Source: Candidatus Hydrogenedentota bacterium (lineage in GTDB: Bacteria > Hydrogenedentota > Hydrogenedentia > Hydrogenedentales > SLHB01). From it: DNA of 64,000 nt. Under the pieces are notes generated by a model. It was given only the letters and a program-made list of their open reading frames with translations, searched no databases and had not been told where the DNA came from. Shown piece after piece: positions 49,571 to 62,281 of this stretch (within the stretch, counting starts at the first letter, position 1; every line of letters starts with the position of its first letter). The position numbers were made by a program, and so were the translations under genes. The DNA lies in the NCBI GenBank assembly GCA_963745075.1, contig CAVUWV010000013.1:161585-225584 (forward strand), read 5' to 3'.

Positions 49571-51959
49571 TTAATCCGCCAAATCGGACTCGCTCGCCAA
49601 CTTCCAGGATGTTCCGCGATCAGGTGACATCATCAGGGCTCGACGGGTGCCGCGATGATCGTTCCGGTAGAACCAGAACGTGGACCAGTAATCATAAGAC
49701 AGATACGGGTTCCCGTGCCGGTCGATGGTAAGCCGGTGGTAAAACACGCTGTACTCCGAAAACGGCGAGACGATCAGCGGCTGCGGTTCGGACCACGGTT
49801 CGCCGCGTTTCTTGTACATGTATGCGAGGCAGGCGTAGTTGCTCGCCGGGAAGTAGGTCGTATCGTCTTGCCAAAGCCGGAACACGGCATGCAGCGTGTC
49901 TTTTTCGTCGCAGACGAGACCGATGTAGGTTTGGCGCAGCCCTGGACCCAGGTCTTTGGCTTCCGTAAATCCGCCGCTCGCGTCGTTTGGTTTCAGGGAA
50001 CGGGCGTAGCGGAACGTCCGGCCGTGGGTGCCGATCAGGACGTGCAAATACCCCTCGCTGTCCATGGTGATCGACGGCGTGTTGTGGATATCGTTGGCCG
50101 GAGGGCCGTACCCCACCAGCGCTGGCTGGCTGATCGTTTTGCTCGCGCGATCGTAGGTGGCGACAAACGTGGGCACGCCCGGCACGTCTTTGTCCGGGTC
50201 CGTGGCCTCCGCCCACACGACGTGCACTTTGTCCCCGCGCGAAACGATGGTCGAGGGAATCCCGGAATGGGCCGACAAGCCGATGCACAACCGGGACACA
50301 CGAATTGGTTCTCCGATCTCGATGCTTCCGTCCGCTGTTTTGGACGGGAGAAACAGGTCCAGGTCATTGACGCGCCGCCAGAATACCTTCGGATCCTTTT
50401 TCGTGAGGGTGAAGCGCGCGACGGGCGGCGGCCCCGCCGGGAGGTTGTGTCCCGAGAACTGTTCGATGTCGAATGATGCCGTGCCCCGGAATGGGGAACG
50501 ACGTGTAGTGCTCGCCTCGGTCCGACGAATGGAGCAGCACGGGCTTTCCGCCCTGAGTCGCGAGTGCGTAGTAATCGTTATCGGCATCGAAGGCTACTTT
50601 CGTGGAGACCACTTGGAACGGGGCCGAATCGTGACCTTCTGGCGCGGCCTGCGTGGTCTCGTGCCACGTACCGTTTCGTAAAACCGAAATACCTGAACTG
50701 GACGTAATGACCGGACGGTTCTCCATGTCGAAATACGGCTGATTCGTGAGCGGATAGGTCGGTAGATACCCGAACTGGGCATTCTCGTGCTGGTAGGGGT
50801 GGAGAACGAGCGGCAGGTCCAGCGGTTTCGTCGCCGGTGCGATGCCCGGTCGCACGTGGACGGACGAATACGTGCTGATATCCGAGCCATCCGACGGCGT
50901 CACACGCATATAGAACATCTTCTCGGCATCCTTCGGGACGGTGAATTGCACGTGAACCGGAATTGATTGTCCCGGTTTTAACGATATTTCGTGAGCCGAT
51001 AGCGTGGCGTCTTCCGATTCACCCTCCAGTTCCAGCGCGATCGTTTTTGTCTTGAGATCGTTGTTGTATACCTCAAACTGTAACGATTGAGACGATCCCG
51101 GTTCACCGTAGACGGTGCGGTGATAGGGTGTGAGCAACCAGCGATTCTCGGGAAATTCAAACCACGATTTTACATCCGGCGTCCACAGGGAGAGATTGGG
51201 GAAGTCGTCGTCGGTGGACCACCGGGTTACGCCGTCGATCTGCAGCGTGCCTTTGAACTCTTGGAATTGGAGTCGCCATGGTACCTTCGCCCGTGTATTG
51301 TCCGCGGGGATCTCCTGCTTCGCTGAGCCATCGGTAACGGGGATAGTCGTAATCGTAGCACCGGTAGCGTCGCACAAGGTCAACGCATCGACACCGGCCG
51401 GAATGCCCGACGCCTCGATGCTGAACGCGCCGCGCCGTGGCTGAAAGCAGACTTCGGCCGACGCCTCTTCACTGGCAAGAACGATGGGCTCTTCGTGGGG
51501 CGCATCGCGATGGCCGCGCGACGTTTCGATGAGATACTTGGGGCAGTTCGTGCGAATCCCGCACACGAACTCGTCACCGTAGCGGTCCTCCGTCACGGTG
51601 ATGTTCAGCGCGTAGATGCCCTTGCGCGGCACATGGGTCGACAGGCGCACCCGCTGGACGGGTCCGGGGCCCTTTTCCACGCCGTCGTCCGGGATAAACT
51701 GCTCGTCGATCACGCTGCGGTCCGGGCCGACCAGGATCGCCCGCAGGTAGGTCGTTCGGCCGCGCCGGTTCAGGTCCTGCTTCTCGACCTCGACCCAGAA
51801 TTCGCCGGGTTCCGCGAGAAAGTACACGCCACCGATGCCCTGCGTCTGAACCTTGGAATGCCACTCTGATGCTTCCTCGGCGTGCAAAGGCAGAATTGGA
51901 AGTACGAGTAAACATACGATCATCAGATGCCGAAGCGAGCGGCAATCTAAACCACTCAA
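49571..51959 (-). CDS. Secreted BNR-4-type beta-propeller protein with N-terminal beta domains; frameshift near 50480
   Basis: NDIHNTPSITMDSEGYLHV, YHRLTID, SPDRGTSW; TTG start after GAAGGAG. Confidence 0.75.
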
Positions 51960-51978
51960 GACAGATTCTCCTTCGAAA

Positions 51979-53853
51979 TTATTCCGCGGGACGGAACACG
52001 TGTTCGGAAACAAACGAGACAAGCGGCGGGATGCCTTCGATCTTCACGCCCGCGTCTTCCAGGGTGCCTTCATCCGCCTTGACCAGTGCAAACGACCAAA
52101 CACTTCCGGTCTTCGCGCCGGGTTCAATCGACAACGTTGCCCGCGACTCAGTGGGTGTCGTCTGCGCGGTACCGGCCAAGGCACGGTCGGGGTCGTACAC
52201 GTTGAGCCGCGCCGTTTCCGCGCCGGAACCTTTCACTTGAACAGTAAATTGGCTGGTGTCCTCCGGCACATAGATGTAAAGACGCTCAACGCCGTGGACG
52301 GTGCCCATGAATTCACCCGCGTGCACCGCGAGGGGCACGTTCGTGCTGGTCACCGTGTAAGTACAGCCTCCCGACGACAATCCGAGAAAATACGCGCCGT
52401 CAGACTCGGGCACAAAGTGCACGGTGCCGTTGCCCTTGTGCTCGATGATGCCGCTGTCAATCTTTTCGAAATGGGGCGTGCGCAGTTCCCAGGTCAAGGG
52501 ATCGGTATAGTTGCCGAGGGGGACGTCCTGAAGCCCGATGTCCACCGCAACCCCGGACTTGCATGCGGCCAGAAGGAGATTGGAGCCCCGCAGCGTGCAC
52601 GGCGGAAGGTCAACAGGCTTTCCGATGGCCGCGGCATTGGCCAGGCCGATGGTGTCAACGCGTTTTAACAAATCGAGCACGAACCCTTCGTCCGTCTGCC
52701 GTGGTTCATGTTGTGCGTCGAAATTCCCTTCAGCGATCGCGTGGTTCGCCCACGTGAACCATTTCCAATAGTCTTTGTGCGTGGTCGTGTACTCGGGTCC
52801 CTCGTAGAAAATCCAGTATCCGTCCGTGACCTCCGAAATCATGACCGCGTTCTTTCCGCAGAACTCGGCGTCGGCGCCGCGCACAACGGGGTCGATGCCA
52901 CCCGCGTAGAGATAAGGGACACCCATCGACTTCGGGATCTCCATGTACTTCTCGAGTTTGGCGCGGTTGGCGTCGAGGGCCGCCTGCTCGGGCAGGAACG
53001 TGGATGACCGCCCATACGTCGTCTGGTCCGCGATCACCATCGGCGCGGCTTGGGTCGTCCACTCGTAGTACGCCGCCTTCTGGAGGAACAGCGTACCGGG
53101 AACGGGATATAGCCAGAACTGAAATGCCGGATCGTGTGCGTCCACGGCTTCGCGCAACGTACGGCAGCGTTTCCGCCATTCCTCGATCTGAAACGCCTCG
53201 AAGCGGTCGTGCAGATTCTGTTCGCGCAACCACGGTGCGCGATCGGCCGGCGCCAGATCCGGGATGTCGACACCTTCCGCGGCGGCGAATTTGTCCAGGA
53301 TCTCCTGGTCATAGGAAAGCGAATAGAGATTACCCTGCTTGTTGGGGGCGTAATTCTCGTAATCGAGAAAGACACCGAGCAGATGCTCGTTGTTCGCACT
53401 CATCTCGGCGTATGCGACGATGTACTTCGTCATCCACAGCCACAACTCATCCGAGTTCGGACTCCACAACGGCTGCTCGACCCCGTTCTCCCATACCACC
53501 CGTTTGCCGTCGGCCTTCGGATCGTCCAGGGGAACGCCAAGCGTGCCCCGCATCCACGGCAGATGAAAGATGCCGTACTTCTCGCACCACGTCGTGACGT
53601 TTTGCACGGCTTCGAGATTGTCAAACCCTGTGCGCGGCGAGTAGATGTTGAACCCGGCCTCGGCTGCCTCCCGAATCATCCACTCCTCGGTAACCCATCC
53701 CTTGTGCGCCTGCATAACCTTGTCCACCACGCAGGTGAACTTTACGGTGCGGCCAAGATCTTCTCTCCGCAGCGTTTTGGCAGGCGCGGATTCCTGGGCG
53801 AACGCGGCGGTGGATAACGCGAGAATCACGGCGAGTCGGACGGCTGAAAACAT
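51979..53853 (-). CDS. Secreted hypothetical protein, possible glycoside hydrolase-like barrel
   Basis: Signal peptide AAFAQ; AEAGFNI, GVFLDYENY; AGAGGAG RBS. Confidence 0.75.
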   Translation of the reverse strand: MFSAVRLAVILALSTAAFAQESAPAKTLRREDLGRTVKFTCVVDKVMQAHKGWVTEEWMIREAAEAGFNIYSPRTGFDNLEAVQNVTTWCEKYGIFHLPWMRGTLGVPLDDPKADGKRVVWENGVEQPLWSPNSDELWLWMTKYIVAYAEMSANNEHLLGVFLDYENYAPNKQGNLYSLSYDQEILDKFAAAEGVDIPDLAPADRAPWLREQNLHDRFEAFQIEEWRKRCRTLREAVDAHDPAFQFWLYPVPGTLFLQKAAYYEWTTQAAPMVIADQTTYGRSSTFLPEQAALDANRAKLEKYMEIPKSMGVPYLYAGGIDPVVRGADAEFCGKNAVMISEVTDGYWIFYEGPEYTTTHKDYWKWFTWANHAIAEGNFDAQHEPRQTDEGFVLDLLKRVDTIGLANAAAIGKPVDLPPCTLRGSNLLLAACKSGVAVDIGLQDVPLGNYTDPLTWELRTPHFEKIDSGIIEHKGNGTVHFVPESDGAYFLGLSSGGCTYTVTSTNVPLAVHAGEFMGTVHGVERLYIYVPEDTSQFTVQVKGSGAETARLNVYDPDRALAGTAQTTPTESRATLSIEPGAKTGSVWSFALVKADEGTLEDAGVKIEGIPPLVSFVSEHVFRPAE

Positions 53854-53953
53854 GATGCTAATGCTCCTCTTTGGCCGGTGTGCGTCAGGCAAACCCCTCG
53901 GCGGTGATTCGACGGTACCGCTCAGATTGACGGCGGTCAAGTTCGCGAAGGTT

Positions 53954-54011
53954 TGTAGCGCAGGCGTCTCGCCTGCCACTATGGAGATGCAGGCGAGACG
54001 CCTGCGCTACA
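53954..54011. repeat. GTAG-type REP doublet (23-bp perfect inverted repeat)
   Basis: TGTAGCGCAGGCGTCTCGCCTGC...GCAGGCGAGACGCCTGCGCTACA. Confidence 0.85.
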
Positions 54012-54092
54012 TGTGGTTCCGTTATTCAGGCTTTTTAGAGTTGAATGTGACTAAGCTTGGCCACACCTGAATACAAATGTGGGGATCGAAGT

Positions 54093-56224
54093 GTGATACG
54101 TGTTAGCGGATTTGTATTTATTGTGGTTTGGACCGTGGCCGTTTCGTGCCTCAGTGCCTTTGCGGAGGAACCGGCCAAGTTCTATGTCGCCGTTGATGGT
54201 GACGACGCCGCACCGGGCGACCTCGAACATCCGTTCGCCACGTTGGAACGGGCTCGGGATGCGGTTCGAGAAGCTTTGAAATCCAACTCGCAAGCCAACG
54301 ACATCGTGGTGATGCTCCGCGGCGGAACCTATTATCTCGACGAGACCGTACGCTTCACTCCAGAAGATTCCGGGCGCGACGGGCACCGTGTAATATACAC
54401 CAATTATCCTGGGGAGATGCCGGTGCTCGTCGGAGGCCGCCGCGTTACGGGATGGGAGGAAGCGGGCGACGGCGTATATCGCACCCACCTCGACGCCGAT
54501 TGGCAGTTTGACCAGCTCTTCGAAAACGGGGTGCGGCAAACCAAGGCTCGGTACCCTGACGAAGGCTATCTGATTGCGGAAAGCGCGCCCAAAGACTCCC
54601 GGACCCAGTTCGTGTTTGCCAAAGGCGACGTGCCAAACTGGGACAACCTCAGCGGTGGGCAGGTGTATATCTGGGCCGGCGCCGACTGGTTCAGCAACCT
54701 GCTGCCCATCCAGAGCATCGATTATGCGACCCGCACGATTACGTTGACACGACCCACGCTTCAAGAGATCGGACGCCGTAACCAACGACGCTATTTCATC
54801 CAAGGGATCAAGGCCGCATTGAATCGTCCCGGCGAGTTCTGGCGCGACCCGGATACGGGCGATTTGTTGTATATCCCCGTGACCACGCCCATCGAAGACC
54901 AGGTGATCGTGGCGCCGACGGTGACGCGTATCGTGTCCCTGGAAGGAGTATCGTCAGAATCGCCGGTTCGCAACATCGTCTTCCGCGGCATCCATTTTGA
55001 CGTGAGCAAGTTTACGGACGCCTTCATGGAGATCGACGGGACCCACGGCCAGACGCCGTGGAACGAACCCGCCAATAAGGAGGCGGCGGTCTATCTCGAA
55101 CATACGGACGGTTGCGCCGTCGAAAACTGCCGTATCACGAACGCCGGCTACAGCGGTGTCGCGGTCGTTTGGTCCGGCCAGCACAACCGCATTACCGGGA
55201 ACGAAATCGCCGCGTGCGGATTTCACGGCGTGTTGTTGTCCGGGTACCGCTCCAGTTTCGGTCGCGACATGGATCTCAACAAGTTCAATGAGGTGTCCAA
55301 CAACTGGATCCACCATTGCGGACGTCTCGTCGGCCACGGCGCCGGGGTGTTCCTGTGGGCCAGCGGGCACAACGCCATCGAGCATAACCGGATTCACGAC
55401 ATGCCGCGTTACGGCATCTGCATGAAGGGGGAGCGGTGGGGGACCGGATACACCGACGCGATGGCCGCGCGGGGGCTGACCAAGGAGACGCACTACGACT
55501 TCCTCTACAGTCGCGAGAACCGCTTCGCCTATAACCATATTTTTAATGTGAGCCTGGATACCGAAGACAACGGTTTCATTTCGTTCTGGGGAACCGGCAA
55601 AGGCAACGTCGTCGATCACAACCTGCTTCACGGATGTCCGCGCACCTTGGGCGGACTGGGCATCGGCATTTACCTCGACGATGCCGCCGACTATTTCACC
55701 GTGTCGAACAACGTCATCTACGACATCGTCGCGGGCGACCGGTTAATCCTCATCTTCGCCAAGGGCGTGCATAACGTCATCGAAAACAACGTGCTGGTGT
55801 GCAGTCCGAGGACCGAATCCGGTATTCGTTCCTTCGAAATGGCCAACGAAGCCGTCGCCCATCACACGTATCGGCACAACGTGATGTACCTGGATGGGGA
55901 CGCGGTCTTCTACTACTTCCAGAATTGGGCCGACGACCGCGTCGATGAATCGGATTACAATCTGTTCTACCACTCGGAAGGCAAGTATCGCGTCAAGGGC
56001 GCACCGGGCGGTGAGGACTGGGATTCCTGGCGCGCGATTTTCAATGGCAAATTCGACGCTCACTCCAAGCGTGCCGACCCCAGTTTGTTGCGCCGGAAGC
56101 ACAGGATTTCCGATTGAAGCCCAAGTCTCCGGCGTTTGACCTGGGGTTCCAGGAGATCGACACAGAAGACATCGGGCTGTTGCCGGATCATCCGTATTAC
56201 CGAAGGTCAAAATCGGGAGCGTAG
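54093..56224 (+). CDS. Right-handed parallel beta-helix protein; frameshift near 56080
   Basis: FYVAVDGDD..PFATLERARDAVR, LRGGTY, Asn-ladder repeats, GIYLDD; tail DFRLKPKSPAFDLGF in the shifted frame. Confidence 0.85.
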
Positions 56225-56286
56225 ACCGGAAGCAAAAACCTGGGCTAGTTTTTCGACAGTCTTCGTACCATAAAAGTATCGCTCTC

Positions 56287-56382
56287 GGGCGCTGGAGGCG
56301 CCACGCAACCCTAGCCAGGGGCAAAGCGAAGCGACGCCCCTGGAAACTGGCCCGCCCCAGACGTGAGCCCTGTAAGGGCGAC
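56287..56382. repeat. REP-like element related to 23502-23587
   Basis: CCAGGGGC...GCCCCTGG hairpin and GCCCTGTAAGGGCG, between convergent genes. Confidence 0.55.
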
Positions 56383-56386
56383 GTCC

Positions 56387-58321
56387 TCAGCCTTTGCCAA
56401 ATTGCCAATCCTTCACCACTCGCGGTTCGTCACCGGCGGTGAGGATCTCAATCCAGGCGATTTCGATCTTCCCCGGTGCCGTCGACGGGTCGAAGCGTAC
56501 GGCCCGCAGTGGCGATTGCGCGGTGAACGGTACCTCGTAGTCGTGCCAATTCCCGTCGTGTTGCGTCGCGAAATCCAGCCGTTGTTTGGGGCCGAGTCTT
56601 GGCATCTTCTCGGTCGTCCAGAAGAACTGGCCGCCGCCCTTGCTGGTTGACTTCATCCGGAACCGCGCGACCAAGTCGCCGGAGGCCGGTTCGACCGCAT
56701 TGGTCAGGACGAACGGATCGCCGCCGGTGCAATGCATCACGAGCCCGGCGTCCGATTGTTCCAGCCAACAATCGCCGCTCGGATGCCATCCGGCAATGTC
56801 GCGGGCGGCGTTCGGGATTGTAATTCGGGTTCTTCTTTGGCACGAGGGCCCGGTTTCTTGAAGTTGCTGGTCGAGCATCCGTTCCATTCGCGCCGCACGT
56901 TCCGGATAGACCGCTGCCAGGTTCCTCAACTCACCGATATCGTCGGCGAGGTTGTACAACTCCAGGCGGTTGGGGAACGCCTCGTCCGTCTCATAGAACC
57001 GGATCAGTTTCCAGTCGCCGTCCCGCACCCAACTCGCAGGCCGGCAGGGCACGGCCGGGACGTAGTGCGGAAAGTGGCCGTACAGGGTGTGACGCTTTAG
57101 CTTGTTCCCGTGCAGCGCCGGCACAATCGAAATCCCGTCCATGACTTGGTCCGGATTCTGGTGAAACGCCGACCATATCGAGGATGGTGGGGTAATAGTC
57201 GATGCTGCACACCATGGCGTCGCATACGGACTCCTCCTCCACCACCCCCGGCCAATACACCATCGTCGGCACGCGAATCCCGCCCTCGTACACGGAACCT
57301 TTCCCACCGCGGAGGGGTGCGTTATTCGTCGGCGTGCGCCCTTCCGGCGCCCAGGCCCCGAGGTTCGTGCCGTCGCGCGCGGTCCGGTCGTACATGTTTC
57401 CGCCGTTGTCCGAGGAGAAGATGATGATCGTGTTGTCCATCAACCGCGAGTTCTTCCAGCGTGTCCATGACGCGCCCCAGGCTTTCGTCCATACTTTTGA
57501 TCATGGCGGCCATGACGGCATTGTCCTGTGCGCCTCGCGGATCCTTCTTCTGCTCGAAGTACGTGCGGTAGTCTTCCTTGCACTGATACGGCGCGTGCAC
57601 GGCGTACTGCCAGAAGTTGAGGTAGAACGGTTCGTCCTTCGCATCGCGTAGGAATTTAATGGCCTCGTCCGTCAGACGATCCGCGATGTATTCGCCCTCC
57701 GGACCGTCCGGCAGGTTGTCGATGTGGTAGGGCGAAAAGTAGCTCGGCGGACCCGGCCAACGTCCACCTGCCGACGTTCAGGTCGAACCCCTGATTTTCC
57801 GGCCAATATTTTTCGTCATGGCCCAAATGCCATTTCCCGACAAATGCCGTGCGATACCCGGCGTCATGAAGCGCCTCGCCGAGCGTGTATTCTTCCAGCG
57901 GCAGATACCGTTGGTCGCGCGGCAACAGCATCTCTTGCGTCGGCGGACCCGTCTCCGGCATCAGTGGCGTGTCCAGCATCGGAAGATGACCGCCCGCCGA
58001 AGTGATGTGCGTTCGCGCCGGGTATTTCCCCGTCATGATGCTCGCCCGCGTCGCCGAACACAGCGGCGCCGCGGAATAGGCGTTGGTGAACCGCATCGAT
58101 CGCGCGGCCAGCCGTTCCACATTCGGCGTCTCGTAATACCGGCTCCCGTACACCGTGGAATCCATCCACCCCATGTCGTCGACGAGAAAGAGCACCACGT
58201 TCGGACGGCGAGCCGCCGCCCGCGCCGCGCCACCCAGCAAGCTTAGCGCACCCGCGGTTGCGACGCCGGCCAGAAACTCCCGGCGACTGACGGCATCAAG
58301 TTGTCCTCGGCTACTGCCCAT
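56387..58321 (-). pseudogene. Tat-exported sulfatase with extra C-terminal domain; several frameshifts, possibly assembly errors
   Basis: SRREFLA, DDMGW, CSATRASIMTG, GKWHLG, SSDNGG, YEGGIRVP, GDWKLI. Confidence 0.85.
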
Positions 58322-58477
58322 GATCGTCCCCCGCGTTTTGCCAAGCCTTCTGAATCGCACGATTCACTGCATGTACCCTCGGAATCGCGTCACTGCAACG
58401 CAATGTGACTTGCGCCCACAGTGTGTTAGACTCAAAATGCGAACGGCAACCCTTGTCATCATAAGGAAGGAGCGAGC

Positions 58478-59965
58478 ATGTCGAAGAAGCCAATTCCACG
58501 CCGGGATTTCTTGAAGACCACAACGGGCCTGTGCGCCGCGGCATTGGGTGCGCCGTTCTTGAATGCGTTGGCGCAGGCGCCGAGCAAGCCCAATATCCTG
58601 TTCATCCTCGCCGACGACTTGGGGTGGAGCGACCTCGGCTGCTACGGCAATACGTATCACGAGACGCCCAATATCGATAAGCTCGCGTCGCAAGGAATGC
58701 GTTTTACCGATGCCTATGCGGCGTGCCCCGTGTGTTCGCCGACGCGCGCGAGCCTTATGTCCGGCCAATACCCCGCGCACGTCGGCGTGACGGATTTTAT
58801 CACCGGGCATTGGCGTCCCTACGAAAAGGTGCTGGCCACGACCAATCGGACACAGTATCTGCCGAACGAAGTTGTGACCTTCGCAGAGGCGTTAAAACCC
58901 GCGGGCTACGTGTCCGGTTCCTTTGGCAAGTGGCATCTGGGCGGTCGCGAACATTTCCCTGATAAGCAAGGATTCGACGAGTACGTCGTTACCGGCGGAT
59001 GGGCCCATTTCGGCAATTCATCGCAACCGGATATTCACATTACGAAGGATCAGCACTTGACGGAAGTCCTCGCCGACAAAGGCATCGAATTCATGCGGGC
59101 GCATCGGGATCAGCCGTTCTGTCTGTACCTCTCTCATTTTGCGGTGCATATTCCCCTGGAAGCGCGGCAGGAGGCCATCCTGAAGTACGCCAATAAGCCC
59201 GAACAGAGTGAAGAGGTCTGCAATCCCGTCTATGCCGCCATGCTCGAGCATCTCGACACGAGCGTGGGACGCGTGCTGGACGAACTCGATGCGCTGGGGA
59301 TCGCCGACAACACCATCGTCTTCTTCTACTCCGACAACGGCGGGCTTCATCAGATGTACACGGGCCAAGGTCCTATCGTCACCAGCAACGCGCCGTTGCG
59401 CGGCGAAAAGGGGATGCTGTACGAAGGCGGTATCCGCGAACCGCTCATCGTGCGCTGGCCGGGCCACATTGCACCCGGCACTGAATGCCATGAGCTGGTA
59501 TCCACGCCCGACTTTTATCCCACCTTCCTCGACGCGGCGGGCGTGGACAGCCCCGCCGGCGAGGCACTGGACGGCGAGAACATCATGCCTTTGCTTACCC
59601 AGTCGGGCGGGCTGAAACGGGACGCGATTTACTGGCACTATCCCCATTACCACCATTCGTCGCCGGCTGGCGCGATTCGTGAGGGTGACTGGAAACTGAT
59701 CGAGTTCTATGAAGACGGCCACCTGGAGCTGTACAACCTGCGGCAAGATATCGGCGAAAAGGTGAATGTGGCGCCTCAGTTTCCGGAACGTGCCGAGGCG
59801 CTACGCACGAAACTCGCCGCGTGGCGTGAGTCCGTCGATGCGGAGATGCCGGTTCCAAACCCGGACTACGATCCCGCCCGCGCGAAAGAGTGGGGGAAAC
59901 ACCCAGCCGCGGGTAGGGACGCCATTTGGCAATTGATAGGCGTGGCGTTACAATCGCTCGCATAG
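58478..59965 (+). CDS. Tat-exported sulfatase
   Basis: RRDFLK, ADDLGW, CSPTRASLMSG, GKWHLG, SDNGG, YWHYPHY; intact. Confidence 0.93.
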   Translation: MSKKPIPRRDFLKTTTGLCAAALGAPFLNALAQAPSKPNILFILADDLGWSDLGCYGNTYHETPNIDKLASQGMRFTDAYAACPVCSPTRASLMSGQYPAHVGVTDFITGHWRPYEKVLATTNRTQYLPNEVVTFAEALKPAGYVSGSFGKWHLGGREHFPDKQGFDEYVVTGGWAHFGNSSQPDIHITKDQHLTEVLADKGIEFMRAHRDQPFCLYLSHFAVHIPLEARQEAILKYANKPEQSEEVCNPVYAAMLEHLDTSVGRVLDELDALGIADNTIVFFYSDNGGLHQMYTGQGPIVTSNAPLRGEKGMLYEGGIREPLIVRWPGHIAPGTECHELVSTPDFYPTFLDAAGVDSPAGEALDGENIMPLLTQSGGLKRDAIYWHYPHYHHSSPAGAIREGDWKLIEFYEDGHLELYNLRQDIGEKVNVAPQFPERAEALRTKLAAWRESVDAEMPVPNPDYDPARAKEWGKHPAAGRDAIWQLIGVALQSLA

Positions 59966-60116
59966 TCTTGCGACCATTTTCCGCCGCTATGCGGTGACGG
60001 TTGGTCGTCGAATTCGGGCTTTCCCACGCCCGTATGAGAGGAGGGCTTCGTAATGATGTCCGTGAACAACCTGCAACCCGCCGCACTCAGTCAAATCATG
60101 GAGGGGGCCGCAGACG

Positions 60117-60695
60117 ATGCCGTCTACTAGCCTGTTGGCCGATATAAAGAGCGACAATGACGACGTACGTACTGCGGCATGGCTGCGTGCATCGGATGTG
60201 GGCATTGCAGCAGTCGGGCCACTGGCCGTGCTCGTCGCAGAACAACCCATGGAAATCTCGCGGGCCGCGAAACGTGGAATTGGCAGATCGTTCGCCAAAG
60301 CGGGCGTCCCGGAGCGGACGCCGAACGTGCGGCAGTCACGGCGGCGTTGGTCGATCTCCTCAATGATTCGCAACCTCTCGAACTTCGTCGCGACGTTCTG
60401 TGGATGCTATCGGAGGTCGGGGGAGACGACTGCGTTGAGCCCGTCGCGGCGCTGATGCCCGATAACGACCTTCGCGAAGACGCGCGCATGACGCTCGAAC
60501 GGATTCCCGGTGATGCGTCGCTCGCCGCGCTGAAGTCCGCCCTCGATACCGTGCCGGATGAGTTCAAAATCAATATCGCGCAATCGCTTGCGACAGCGCG
60601 GCGTGGAGGTCCCCGGACTTCCCTGCCAGAAGATGGTTCCGACAAAATCGACGAACGTTACGCCCGTCACGAGCGAACAAGCGCAACAAGGGTAA
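60117..60695 (+). CDS. HEAT-repeat protein; frameshifts near 60280 and 60600
   Basis: DDVRTAAW, VLWMLSEVGGDDCVEPVAALM, AALKSAL; GGAGG RBS. Confidence 0.6.
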
Positions 60696-60707
60696 GCGAG
60701 GTATTCC

Positions 60708-62058
60708 ATGAAGAAATCAACGAATCAACGAAACGCGCTTACCCGGCGCGCGTTTCTTGCGGCCGCCGGCGCTGCGGCCAGTCTCCCGGCAATCCTTCCG
60801 TCCCGTGTACTCGCCGCGGAGGGCAAGCCCGGCGCGAACGATCGATTGACCATTGCCCATATCGGTGTCGGCGGCATGGGTGGTTATCACCTCAACGACA
60901 TAAAGCGGTTTGTCGAGTCGGGCGACGTGAGCATTGCCGCCGTGTGCGACGCGACGAAAACCGTCTGGCCGCTGCCGTCGAGAAGGCCGGGCCCGGTGTC
61001 GTGACCGTACCGTGATTACCGGTACATTCTCGATCGCAAGGACATCGACGCCGTCATCATCGCGACGCCCGACCATTGGCACGCCGTACAGATGGTCCAC
61101 GCCTGCGAGAGCGGGCAAGCACGTCTACGTCGAAAAACCTGCGTGCTGTACCGTCGAGGAAGGCACGGCGATGATGAAGGCCGCGCACGATAATCACGTC
61201 GCGGTGCAGGTCGGTTCCCAAGGCCGTTCACAGCCCGAGGCGTACTTGGCGCATCGTTATCTTGCCAACGGCGTTATCGGCCACATCGATCGGGTCGATT
61301 GCTTTCACTATGCGAGCCCGACCGACGAAAACCCGGTTCCGGACAGCGATCCGCCGCCCGAGTTGGACTGGGACTTGTGGCTGGGACCCCTCCATTGGCG
61401 TCCCTACAACCAGCGCTATTGCCCCGGCATCTTCCGCTGGCCATGGAATCCGGCGGCGGTCAGATCCGCGACCGCGGCGCCCATGTCATGAGCTGCGCCA
61501 TGTACTGGATGGAAGCCGACGGCACGGGGCCGGTAACGGTCGAAGCCACCGGCACTCCGCCGAAGAAGGGGCTGTGGGACGCGTGCGTCGACTCAATGTG
61601 ACGTATACGTTCAAGGATCCCGATTGGGTGCTGACCTGGAATCAGCCCGGCGAATCCGGTGCCGAAGGAAGAGCGGGGCCCCGAATGAAGGTCGCATCAC
61701 CCGTCCGGGTTACGGCGCCGTGTATCACGGCGACAAGGGTACTTCCACTCACTGGGGCGGCGACGGCGGCACCTGGGCCGAGCGAAAGGCCGCGAATGGC
61801 AACCCCCGCCCGGCGCAAAGAACGTCTACAAGAGTCCCGGCCACATAGGAGGACTGGTTCATCGGCATTCGGACCGGCAAGAAGACGATCATGAACGTCG
61901 ACGCGGCCGTCGGCGTGGCCGACCTCTGCGTCCTCGGCAACCTGTCGTACCAACTCGGACGAAAACTGAATTGGGACGGCAAGAACCGCCGCGTCATCAA
62001 CGACGAAGCTGCCAATCGCGTGCTGGGGCGTCCCCAACGGCACCCGTATCATTTGTAA
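60708..62058 (+). pseudogene. Tat-exported Gfo/Idh/MocA oxidoreductase; many frameshifts
   Basis: TRRAFLA, HIGVGGMG, TPDHWHA, YVEKP, QVGSQGRS, DLWLGP, GGQIRDRGAH across frames. Confidence 0.85.
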
Positions 62059-62281
62059 AGGGAGACAGTCCCTTCCGATGGCTGGGATTAAGGATATTCG
62101 ATTAAATGGTGGCGAATGAGAACGAATCAGAATCTACTGAAGCGGATGGCGGCGTATCTTGCCGGTAAGCTGCGGTGCGAGCCCGCCCTGCTGCAAACTC
62201 TCCGGCCTGCATCTGGTGTCGAATCAGTCGAATGAGCCGGATGTACCGCTTCGAATTGCGCTGTCTCCGCGGTGCACGATC

